A DNA stretch of 64,000 nt from a virus (Duplodnaviria; Caudoviricetes), in the IMG/VR virus record IMGVR_UViG_3300046366_000047, positions 985 through 64,984 of that record; one strand, 5' to 3'. Shown here piece by piece: positions 8,178 through 17,265 of the stretch. Position numbers and translations under genes: made by a program. The notes beneath the pieces were generated by a model. It was not told the origin of the DNA. It made no database searches and worked only from the letters and a program-made list of their open reading frames with translations. Each line of letters opens with the position of its first letter. The first letter of the stretch is position 1.

Positions 8178-10000
8178 ATGCTTGTCAATGTTTGTAGCTG
8201 TGTATTTGTTAAGCGAGTTTTCCAAAGGGCGATGACGTTCTGTAAAGTAGAACCAGTTGAAGAATAATGAGCATCTAAAAAGTTCATTAATCCACTAACC
8301 GAACCACTTGTGTCAGTTCCGATTTGCGTTCCGTTAATATATAAAACGAAGTCATTGTTTTTATATCCAAAACCTATTTTATATCTTCCGATTGGTTGAC
8401 TTGGTGCGGTTTCAATTCTCACTTGTAATGCACCACTTCCGTAATAACCTACCGCAATGATTCCCGTATTTTCACGTTGGATAAAAGCGAACGTATCAAA
8501 GTTAGCAACGTCTTTCATAAACCATCCATTGTAATCAGATACCTCTGTGAAATCAACATCCAAGAACATCGTCCCCTCCGTTTGTCCAATCAAGCTACTA
8601 ATTCCCGTTTTTGAAACTACGTCTGCGTTGCGTGTTACACTTGCTGATGTTGTAGGGATGTAGGATGTTGGGTAGCTTCCGAGTTCTAATTGGAATCCGT
8701 ATGCTAAAAAGTCAGCGGTTAAAGAGGTTGATGGTATAGCTTCAAATATTAAAAACATAGCTTGTAAACCCGTACCAACGGCAGTTGCTGTAAATTCGTA
8801 TCTTTCCCATTCATTAGAAAGCGTTACAATATTTGCATAAGAACCACCAACATTTGATAAAGCTACTGATGGCGTTCCGCTTAAGGACTTTAACCACACA
8901 CTCCAAGTATAAGATTGACCAACAATACCCGTAATATTTTGAAGAATGTAAGAATATGAATTAGCTGTATTTGTTCTTGTTAATTGTATGCGTTGTGCGT
9001 TTTGTGAAACATCGGGGCTTATCGCATAATTATCAGTAATGATAGGTGCTAAACCTCCATTGTCAAAAAATTTCAGCCAAGTTGAATCGCTAATCTTATT
9101 ACTATATAAACACGAATTTGTCCTCTGCGGTTCTACTAACAAACTTGGACAAGTACCATTTGAGTAGTCAAGTCTTGGAATGTTTAGGCGTGTTTCCGTT
9201 TTTTGGTAGTCCTTCGCAGTTGTGCCTTCGACAAGTTGATATCCGTATGCTAAAAAGTCAGCGGTTAATGATGTAGTCGGTAACGATTGAAATAACAAAA
9301 ATCCCGATTGTAGATTGGTGCTTAATGCAGTTGTAGTAAATTCGTATCTTTGCCATTCAGTTGTTAATGTAACAATATTAGTGTAGTTAGTTCCGTCATA
9401 ACTTAATGATATTAACGGCGTTCCACTTAATGATTTTAACCACACACTAAACGTATATGTCCCTCCGCTTGGAACTGAATTAGCTTGATAAACATAACTA
9501 TAAGAAGACGAAGCACTCGTTCTTGTTAATTGTATTCTATACGCAGTTTGTGTTCCATTTGGAGAAATACCATAATTAGGAGTTAAAATAGGAGCAGAAC
9601 CCCCGTTTCCATTTGCTTGAGTCCAAATAGCATTATCAAACGCTTGGCTATATTGCAACAAATTATAAGGCACTAACTCAACCAACCCCGCACTATTTAC
9701 TCTAGTTGCAGTTGTCGCTCGTGTTACCGTGAAATCTCCGTTACCATTCGATGGAATCACGGAAAATAACGTGCCTTCTTTGTAGCCGTTTGGCGTTACT
9801 ATTAATGAAGCACTTCTAAGTAATCCATTATAGCTTAAGTCATTCAATGTATTGTATGAACATAATTCTGCTTCAGCAATACCTCCATCTGCTATAGCTC
9901 TACCTTCGCCTTTAAGCAATATCGTTCTAGGTAGATTAAAGTCTACTCTTGTATCATTCTCTGATCCTAGAGAATTTACGAAATTTATGTTCGTACTCAT
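8174..10000 (-). CDS. Spike/fibre protein with duplicated carbohydrate-binding-like modules
   Basis: FTVTRATTATRVN, PRLDY...LLVEPQRTN, QLELGSYPTSYIPT motifs; two ~145 aa internal repeats; LamG-like C-terminus. Confidence 0.8.
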   Translation of the reverse strand: MSTNINFVNSLGSENDTRVDFNLPRTILLKGEGRAIADGGIAEAELCSYNTLNDLSYNGLLRSASLIVTPNGYKEGTLFSVIPSNGNGDFTVTRATTATRVNSAGLVELVPYNLLQYSQAFDNAIWTQANGNGGSAPILTPNYGISPNGTQTAYRIQLTRTSASSSYSYVYQANSVPSGGTYTFSVWLKSLSGTPLISLSYDGTNYTNIVTLTTEWQRYEFTTTALSTNLQSGFLLFQSLPTTSLTADFLAYGYQLVEGTTAKDYQKTETRLNIPRLDYSNGTCPSLLVEPQRTNSCLYSNKISDSTWLKFFDNGGLAPIITDNYAISPDVSQNAQRIQLTRTNTANSYSYILQNITGIVGQSYTWSVWLKSLSGTPSVALSNVGGSYANIVTLSNEWERYEFTATAVGTGLQAMFLIFEAIPSTSLTADFLAYGFQLELGSYPTSYIPTTSASVTRNADVVSKTGISSLIGQTEGTMFLDVDFTEVSDYNGWFMKDVANFDTFAFIQRENTGIIAVGYYGSGALQVRIETAPSQPIGRYKIGFGYKNNDFVLYINGTQIGTDTSGSVSGLMNFLDAHYSSTGSTLQNVIALWKTRLTNTQLQTLTSI

Positions 10001-10003
10001 ATA

Positions 10004-10537
10004 TTATGATACGTAAGCAATTAATAGTTCACATCCTGCAGCACTTGTATTGTAGTAAAATGCACCTGCTGGCATGTAGTTATTGATATCCCCAGCATCA
10101 TATGATACAGTCTCTCCTGGTTTAATTATTACTGTCGTTCCGTTAACAAGAATCGTTGCATTTGCAGTACCTGTACTTGAAAATGAAATAGATGCAACAT
10201 TAGCAGGAATCATTGTTAATGCAGCTCCTGTTGATCTGATGATGAATGGAGATTTTACAGTTGGAGTAATAGATGCAGAAGTAGAGGCCCATTGTGAAAT
10301 CAATCTTACTAATTGAATAGCACTAAGTTGACTATTTGTTAACCCTAAGTTAGTTACGTCCTTTAAGTACAATCTCAATGAGTTGTTCTTATCGTTAGCG
10401 ATGAAGTTAATTAATACGTACCAATTATTTCTAGCATCCACCTCAGGTGAAAAACTTTTCATCGTCTCAAACTTGTAGAATTCTTGACTATTACTAGTAA
10501 TTATCTGTAGCTGATTATTTACGTTATATAATTCCAT
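10004..10537 (-). CDS. Virion structural protein
   Basis: Located in the late structural operon; beta-rich C-terminus. Confidence 0.55.
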   Translation of the reverse strand: MELYNVNNQLQIITSNSQEFYKFETMKSFSPEVDARNNWYVLINFIANDKNNSLRLYLKDVTNLGLTNSQLSAIQLVRLISQWASTSASITPTVKSPFIIRSTGAALTMIPANVASISFSSTGTANATILVNGTTVIIKPGETVSYDAGDINNYMPAGAFYYNTSAAGCELLIAYVS

Positions 10538-10548
10538 TTTTTTATTTA

Positions 10549-11106
10549 TTAAGTAGTTATTCTAATATAGTAGCAATCGTTAGCCTTACGTCCATTTGCG
10601 TCAGTAATTCTTACCTTAACCAATGCATCGCTAGTAGTTACAGTAGGAAGCAATGATACAGATGCTGAAGTAGATGATCCACTAATAGTAATCTGAGCTC
10701 TTGAATCCTGAATAAACCATTGGTATGTGTAAGGAGCAACTCCACCCGTAGGAGTAGCTAACAATGTATTTGAACCTGTCTTAGTTACATCCACATATAC
10801 TTGATATGTTGTCAATGTATTTAAGTAAGTAGTAATGGCATCAATAGTCTGTTGGATCGAATATGTTCCAGGAGTAAGTCCATAAGGATTACCTGCCCCT
10901 ATAGTAACACTAATCATTCCATCCAATTCATTTACCATATTAGTAGTATACGCCTCTAATAAAGCAAGAATGTCATTTAAAGAAGCTCCACACGGAACCT
11001 CCAACGTATTTAATATACCATCAAATACCGTAATATCAGATGTCTTATTCGGACAGTTATCCGAGCAAGAACAATTTGATTTGCTTCCGCAACTTGTACA
11101 ACTCAT
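10549..11106 (-). CDS. Cys-rich virion protein with C-terminal Ig/SprB-like domain
   Basis: N-terminal MSCTSCGSKSNCSCSDNC; GGVAPYTYQW...VRITDANG. Confidence 0.6.
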   Translation of the reverse strand: MSCTSCGSKSNCSCSDNCPNKTSDITVFDGILNTLEVPCGASLNDILALLEAYTTNMVNELDGMISVTIGAGNPYGLTPGTYSIQQTIDAITTYLNTLTTYQVYVDVTKTGSNTLLATPTGGVAPYTYQWFIQDSRAQITISGSSTSASVSLLPTVTTSDALVKVRITDANGRKANDCYYIRITT

Positions 11107-11109
11107 ATC

Positions 11110-12339
11110 TTAACAATTACAATTTTCACTTAAGTTATTCATTAAACATTGCTCACTTTCTTCACATAACACTCCGTAAGGTAAACAATGTAATACATCC
11201 ATTATCAAATGATGCTTAAATAAGCTAGACCATTCAGGGCCACATTTGAATCCGAATAATTCTTTTGATCGAATAGCATCGATATCCTCTACTAATTCGT
11301 ATTTCTTTTTCTTGATAAAGTTACTAAATCTTGGCGTATAGTAATCACAGCAGTCAAAGCACTCAGGTCCCGATACACTAAATCTATCAAACAATGCTCC
11401 CGCATTATATCCTCCAAATGGACACTCATTAGTTGAATCCAATGATGTGTAGTATAAAGGACTCTCTGACATGACCTGAGACACTCCCCAATACTCTCCA
11501 TTGAAGAATAAGTAGAATGTCATAGGCGTATCACCTGTAGTAATGCTAAATGAATAGTAAGAGTAACCATTGTACGCCAATGTATTACCAAATTCATCTA
11601 CTGCGATATTTGCTACTACTGAATAATCATCACCTTCAAAAGTGAAGTCTATATTCAATGTCTCATCACAACATCCACAATCTTTATCGTATATCTTAAT
11701 GTAATATCCTGAAATACCTAATGCTGATGTAGTTACTCTGAAAGTACCAGGGCCAGGAAGAACCTGCCAATTACCTAGAGGACAACTTAATGTTCCATCT
11801 GTTAATTCAGCTACATTAACTCCTGTATCAGTTCTTTGAAAAGTCCATCTACCACTTGTTATATTGTAGTAAATCTGATAATTAATATTTGATCCTGATA
11901 GGTTGGAAGTAAATTTATATACTTTCTTTCCATTGATATATTGACCTCCCCATGTAACTACTATAGCTGTCCCACTTTCTGGCACAAGTCTAAAAGAGAT
12001 ACAATCTAAATCCCAATCACACATTGATGTTGGGCAAGGACTAGTCGTAGAAGGAAGTACTCCAAATACTACAGTTGAACTTAATGGAATGCTGAAATAA
12101 GACATCTCCCATTGTTCATTGACAGAATCATATTCTATACGAATAGGAGAAGTAACTCCCGGACTCCAAATAGTTGTCTCTGTTGTTTCAAAGAAATTAT
12201 TTGTACCATCATTGTATACATTGAAATCAACCGTATCTACAAGTAAATCTGTGGACGAATTATATATGTCCATAGTTACTCCACAGAGGCAAGTCATTAC
12301 CTCATCACAGTTGATATTTTGGTTACAAGTACAGCTCAT
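11110..12339 (-). CDS. Cys-rich virion protein with internal repeats
   Basis: About three repeats ending S-C-P-x-G; many Cys clusters. Confidence 0.6.
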   Translation of the reverse strand: MSCTCNQNINCDEVMTCLCGVTMDIYNSSTDLLVDTVDFNVYNDGTNNFFETTETTIWSPGVTSPIRIEYDSVNEQWEMSYFSIPLSSTVVFGVLPSTTSPCPTSMCDWDLDCISFRLVPESGTAIVVTWGGQYINGKKVYKFTSNLSGSNINYQIYYNITSGRWTFQRTDTGVNVAELTDGTLSCPLGNWQVLPGPGTFRVTTSALGISGYYIKIYDKDCGCCDETLNIDFTFEGDDYSVVANIAVDEFGNTLAYNGYSYYSFSITTGDTPMTFYLFFNGEYWGVSQVMSESPLYYTSLDSTNECPFGGYNAGALFDRFSVSGPECFDCCDYYTPRFSNFIKKKKYELVEDIDAIRSKELFGFKCGPEWSSLFKHHLIMDVLHCLPYGVLCEESEQCLMNNLSENCNC

Positions 12340-13088
12340 TAGTTACAACAACAAAGTGATTTAAGTATATCAATGTGCTTCTGAGCACTTACCCAGTCTT
12401 GCGCACACGCAGCGAATTCTAATCCATCCATTACTACTCGCATCTTCATAGCTTTCATAAAGTCTTTATTATCACACATATCTTTACATGGAGATGACTG
12501 CATTCCGCAGAAAGCATCAGATACTGCCTTACGGTAGCAATCCATAATTGAAATACATAGTACTACAATCTTTTGAGTACTGCAATAGCGAGTGTCACTA
12601 CAAGCAGAGGTATCAGTATAAAGATCCCAATAAGTATGGTTCGTATCAAGAGCAGGATCAACATTAGTAGAAGAACCAATAGCTTTGTACAATAAGCCAT
12701 TGCGTAAGACAATCGGCTGTAAAAATGCTTGGTAGTAAACATCGTCTCTCCAGTTTGGATATGTGCAAATCTCAACAGTCCAAATTCCATCAACGTCTGT
12801 ATTTAAGAAGCTGTAAGAAAATGAATTATTTGATACTAAATGAGATGGGATCGTCTTGTCCTTGTGCGCAACATCTGCCGTAGCCATGATGTATGAACTA
12901 CCATCTCCTCTTGTGATAGTGATAGTTCTACTAGTAAAGTCTGTTGACTCATGTCCTGGCAAGTCATTAGTAGTATAATTGGACGTGTCTTTAAAAGAAA
13001 TCTTCTTGCAATCACAAGATATTTCTAATGAACTACATCCATCAACTAGTAATGAAGCTTTAAATGGGTTGTTTATAGGTGTTGCCAT
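12339..13088 (-). CDS. Cys-rich virion protein (possible fibre hub/docking protein)
   Basis: Ends in CCCN; first gene after a TAnnTTTG promoter. Confidence 0.55.
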   Translation of the reverse strand: MATPINNPFKASLLVDGCSSLEISCDCKKISFKDTSNYTTNDLPGHESTDFTSRTITITRGDGSSYIMATADVAHKDKTIPSHLVSNNSFSYSFLNTDVDGIWTVEICTYPNWRDDVYYQAFLQPIVLRNGLLYKAIGSSTNVDPALDTNHTYWDLYTDTSACSDTRYCSTQKIVVLCISIMDCYRKAVSDAFCGMQSSPCKDMCDNKDFMKAMKMRVVMDGLEFAACAQDWVSAQKHIDILKSLCCCN

Positions 13089-13103
13089 CTTATATTATTG
13101 TTA

Positions 13104-13111
13104 CAAATTTA
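13104..13111 (-). promoter_or_regulatory. Bacteroidota -7 promoter box
   Basis: TAAATTTG on the - strand upstream of 13088. Confidence 0.55.
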
Positions 13112-13138
13112 AGTTTTTATTCGATACTTATTTTTTAG

Positions 13139-16100
13139 TTACCAGTTCTCCTCTATTCCTTCTCTTTTTACTTCGCTTCTCTTGTCATTTACAATTACTG
13201 GCTCATATGTATCCACTTTATTTTGACGTGGTGTTTTTTTCAAGTAATCTTCATTAAAGATGAGCTTAAATAAATAATCTTCTTTATGTCTTTTTTTAGC
13301 GAACTCGAAGTAATCTTGTTCGTAATTCATAAATGCATCCATAAATGATTGATTACCTTCCATTGCATCCGTGAAATCTTTAATTTCTTCAACAATATTT
13401 TTAACTCCAAATATTTTAATTAAATTATTAATATCCTGAGGTGACATTCTCTGAGTTACAGAGGTATTTCTATATGCCTCAAATAATTGTTCTAATTCAT
13501 CATCGGTTAAGTACCCTTTAGGAAGCCCTAATTCATCAAGCATTCTAGCTTGCTCTTCCTCAGTTAAATCTGTCCATTCTCTTTTGCTCAGCGCTTCTAC
13601 GACTGCACTTCCTCCATTAGCGATATTTGCTATGAATTGTATAAATGGAGCATTATTTTTCCACATATCATCTCTAGAAGCATTTAACATCCAATCTGCA
13701 ACCATTCCAACCATTCCAAAGCCTTGAGCTGCAGATCCAATCTGATCCATTCCTAGATCATATTTAACTCTTTTCTCATCATCATCATCATAGATTGGGT
13801 TAGTAAATACATCATACCCTGCATTTGATATCAAATTGAATAGTACAGAGCTAAATGCTGAGTAGTAAATAATGTCAGTAAATGCTTGAATTTTATCCTC
13901 ATTTGTTGCATTCTTAGCATCCATTAAGGTTCTCATTCCTTCTGTTATTTTTCTAGCAGCACCAACTTGAGCTGATTTATACGTCAAAATCATACGTCCA
14001 ATTTGATTTCTTTGGAAATTAGAAGTGTAATCTTCGCGAGATGTTTGCTGAGTTTCCTCTACGGCTTCAACAAATTGTTTGAATGCTGTGTCTTTAGCTT
14101 CTTCAAGAGATTTTCCCTTTGCCAATTCATTTCTTAATGCGGCAATTGCATAAGATCCACCACCACCAAATGGGAATGTAATAGTTAACCAGTCACCTGC
14201 GGCAGGTAAGTACATTCCTGTTTGGAATATTTTCTTTACAGCTTTCTTGTATTGCCTATCTGTTTTAGTAGCTAAAATTCTTTGAACCTCAACATCTAAA
14301 CCGCTACCACTAAGTCTTTCTTTCAGATATTCACTTCCCATTATTTCTTTTAGGAATTGCCACTCTGCTTTTGTCGTAGGTACGGCTGTTATTACTTTTG
14401 CCGGATTCAATCCATGTTTAATTCCAGCTGACCAAAAGTGAGTAATTGATGCTAACTGTTTTGGAATAGATGCTATCTTAAATCCTAGTGTAGACATTAC
14501 ATTCCAATTCATTAAGGTATTAATGGATTCTATTGAATAATCGGCTGAAGATTTTTTTCCAGTAAGAATTATACCTAAATGTCTTTGTAAATCACTCAGT
14601 TCCTTGTAGCCAATTTTATTTGCAATATAAGGTCTATTTGCCTCATTAAATAATTGATTTAATGATTTAGCAACAGGAACTAAAGCTTTAGCTCTTTCCA
14701 TATTATTTACATAGTCAGAGAATATTTCTTCAGATGTAAGAGTGGTATTGAATGGACCTTTGTAATTAGTTCTTTGCTTAAGGTTATCAACCATAGCATT
14801 TAATGCCTTAAACTCATTTGTACTTCCATCAAATACATCTGTTTCACTAAATGTATCTTGAATAGGTCCTGATGCTGCATAAGCAGGGTAGTATATACCT
14901 TCAGGGAATGTGGTATTCATAATTGAAATATACGTAGGCTCGTATCTTTCTCTCAATGAAGCGTATTGATCAATTAAGAAATCAGAATATTCTTTTAAGT
15001 CAGGATTATTCTCAATGTATTCATTAAGCATATCAACATCAACTTTTGATTCTATTAATCTTTCTCTTCCATCCGTTAATTTGCCTAAGTTATATAAAGA
15101 TACAAGTACAGTGTTTTTAACTTTTAATCCAGCATCGCTCATTGCTTTTATTGGATTAACATCTGCGTGTGCATCCAATCTTTTAGCGGCATTTCTTTGG
15201 CTACCAAATATCTTAGCTCTACCATCTCTAAATTCCTTAAATATTTTTCCTTTTGCAATTTTAGAATCTACAAAATAATCTTTTATTGGCTGACTAATAT
15301 TCTCATCAATAAACTTCTTAAGCTCAGGTGATCCTTTATATATCTTCTGGAATTGACCATATATACTTTCTAATAAAGATGCTTTTTTAATCCATCTTCC
15401 TGCTTTCTTAACAGCTGACGTATTTTCTTCAGATATTACTCTAGCTTGATCAGCAGGTATTTTGTCGTATCCTTTAGCAGGCTCATTCAATATAGCTGGA
15501 TTAGCTTTATTGTTGTATGCGCTTTTAGCAAAATCACTCTTGTTATACAGCTGACCATCAACAATTACATGTCCACCTACAGAATCAAAGAATTCATTAA
15601 TAGCGGCTACATCAGTAAGTATTCTTGGTTTACCTGCTAATTCTTCAAGCATTTTTGCATTCTCAGTTCTTTTTCTTGAATCTTGGATTTCCTTAACTCT
15701 TTTTAAGTCTGCCTTACCTTCATTCAATATACCGTTAATAGTGTCCTCAACAGCTTGTAATTCATCCATTGACATGGATTCTATATCATTTAATGATTCA
15801 ATGAAGTCCTTAAATTCTTGTTGAGCCTCAACAGAAACTTTTCCTTTCCATTTATCGTTGATTCTAGAATAAAGTGTTTTCTTACTCTTAATTGTTTTAG
15901 CAATATCTTTTGCTTTAGCTACTCTTGCTGCTTCTACTTTTCTTTCTGATAATGCTTGAATCTTATCGATAGCATCATTGACAGATTTTTCAGTCTTAGC
16001 TTTAGTAATAGCAGATAACACAGCTCCAACCTCTCTAGCCGTGTATACGTCTTTAGGGAGATTTTCTTTAGCGAACTTACGAACCTCTTCTTTCATGTCA

Positions 16101-16795
16101 TTAAGGTTCTTAGCTGTATCTCTTGATGATGCAGCCTGAGCTTTTATTCTAGCCTTAAGCAAATCGCTTTCTTTAGCAGTAATCATTTTAGGAACAGGTT
16201 TAACTCCTGTCACTTCGTTCACTGTTTGTCCAAATTCTTTAGCGGCAGCCTTTTCCTTACCTGTCATTTTCTTCTCGGTAAGAGCCTGCTCAATATTGTT
16301 TCTTAAATCATTAAAGTATCTAAGTCTTTCCTCTCTTGTTTTTAGGCTTTTATAGAATTCTGACTCTTTAAATGATTTCTCAGCGTCAGCAATACCTTTT
16401 CCAATAGCATCAGCAGCTTCTCCTGCGGTCTCAACAGTTACAGCGGCAACTTCCAATGCAGTGTTCCAAGCTTCATTCAATCCCGGAATAGATGACATCG
16501 CCAATCCTTTTGTATCTATTTTACCAGATCTAATTTTTTCAGCAAATGATTTGGATTTTTCTGTGATTGATGGTTTAAGAGTTGCATCTTCGGTCATCTT
16601 GCCGCCTTTACCTCTTCCTAATTTATAGGATTCAATTTTACCTGAGTCAGGCTTAAATCCTTTTAATGACGGAATAGATACTTGATTCTCTAATAAAAAA
16701 GTATCAAGAAGACCATCATTTAATGCTTTCTTAAATTCAGCCTCAGACATCCAAGTGTCTTGACCTTTTATCTGATATCTACAAGGCTTCGCCAT
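13139..16795 (-). CDS. Large internal virion (cargo/ejection) protein
   Basis: 1218 aa, helical, with C-terminal hydrophobic segments; podovirus cargo position. Confidence 0.65.
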   Translation of the reverse strand: MAKPCRYQIKGQDTWMSEAEFKKALNDGLLDTFLLENQVSIPSLKGFKPDSGKIESYKLGRGKGGKMTEDATLKPSITEKSKSFAEKIRSGKIDTKGLAMSSIPGLNEAWNTALEVAAVTVETAGEAADAIGKGIADAEKSFKESEFYKSLKTREERLRYFNDLRNNIEQALTEKKMTGKEKAAAKEFGQTVNEVTGVKPVPKMITAKESDLLKARIKAQAASSRDTAKNLNDMKEEVRKFAKENLPKDVYTAREVGAVLSAITKAKTEKSVNDAIDKIQALSERKVEAARVAKAKDIAKTIKSKKTLYSRINDKWKGKVSVEAQQEFKDFIESLNDIESMSMDELQAVEDTINGILNEGKADLKRVKEIQDSRKRTENAKMLEELAGKPRILTDVAAINEFFDSVGGHVIVDGQLYNKSDFAKSAYNNKANPAILNEPAKGYDKIPADQARVISEENTSAVKKAGRWIKKASLLESIYGQFQKIYKGSPELKKFIDENISQPIKDYFVDSKIAKGKIFKEFRDGRAKIFGSQRNAAKRLDAHADVNPIKAMSDAGLKVKNTVLVSLYNLGKLTDGRERLIESKVDVDMLNEYIENNPDLKEYSDFLIDQYASLRERYEPTYISIMNTTFPEGIYYPAYAASGPIQDTFSETDVFDGSTNEFKALNAMVDNLKQRTNYKGPFNTTLTSEEIFSDYVNNMERAKALVPVAKSLNQLFNEANRPYIANKIGYKELSDLQRHLGIILTGKKSSADYSIESINTLMNWNVMSTLGFKIASIPKQLASITHFWSAGIKHGLNPAKVITAVPTTKAEWQFLKEIMGSEYLKERLSGSGLDVEVQRILATKTDRQYKKAVKKIFQTGMYLPAAGDWLTITFPFGGGGSYAIAALRNELAKGKSLEEAKDTAFKQFVEAVEETQQTSREDYTSNFQRNQIGRMILTYKSAQVGAARKITEGMRTLMDAKNATNEDKIQAFTDIIYYSAFSSVLFNLISNAGYDVFTNPIYDDDDEKRVKYDLGMDQIGSAAQGFGMVGMVADWMLNASRDDMWKNNAPFIQFIANIANGGSAVVEALSKREWTDLTEEEQARMLDELGLPKGYLTDDELEQLFEAYRNTSVTQRMSPQDINNLIKIFGVKNIVEEIKDFTDAMEGNQSFMDAFMNYEQDYFEFAKKRHKEDYLFKLIFNEDYLKKTPRQNKVDTYEPVIVNDKRSEVKREGIEENW

Positions 16796-16796
16796 A

Positions 16797-17264
16797 TTAT
16801 TTTCCTAACTCTTGGTCAATTAAAATAGGTTCTTTTGTTCTGCTTAAACGCGCGATTAAGTCTCCGTACTCTCCAACGCTCTCTACTTGAAGCTCAATAT
16901 AATGATGGATGAGTGGCTTTAATTTAGGGCTACATTTGTCCCAAGCGTCCTCGTATTTAGAAAGAAGATCCATTTCCATATCAATAGCAGTTTCAAACGC
17001 TTCCATAAGGTCATCTACCTCAATTGTAACAGCATCTAATGCAGTAACCTCTATTTGTTCATTCATATCATTCATGAATGCCTCTAATCCATTGAAATGC
17101 TCTCTCTCGCTATTTGATTCATCCATAAAGAATTTTTCAGCTCCGGAAAAACCAATAGTCTTCATAGTATTTGATAGATGAAGATATGTATGACTCGCTT
17201 TTAGTTCTTCGTGACCCAAAGCATTAATCATTGCAACTTCTTTGTCTGTTAGTAATTTTTTCAT
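16797..17264 (-). CDS. ftn: Ferritin (non-haem ferritin-like)
   Basis: EEL.ASH.Y..LS...GFSGAEKFF..ES.SEREH...E...ELQVE four-helix ferroxidase pattern. Confidence 0.8.
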   Translation of the reverse strand: MKKLLTDKEVAMINALGHEELKASHTYLHLSNTMKTIGFSGAEKFFMDESNSEREHFNGLEAFMNDMNEQIEVTALDAVTIEVDDLMEAFETAIDMEMDLLSKYEDAWDKCSPKLKPLIHHYIELQVESVGEYGDLIARLSRTKEPILIDQELGK

Positions 17265-17265
17265 T

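Noticed and set aside
8174-10000. Diversity-generating retroelement (TR/VR pair) in the spike gene
   Set aside because: Both copies are in-frame domains of one protein, differences are not adenine-specific, and there is no reverse transcriptase in the window.
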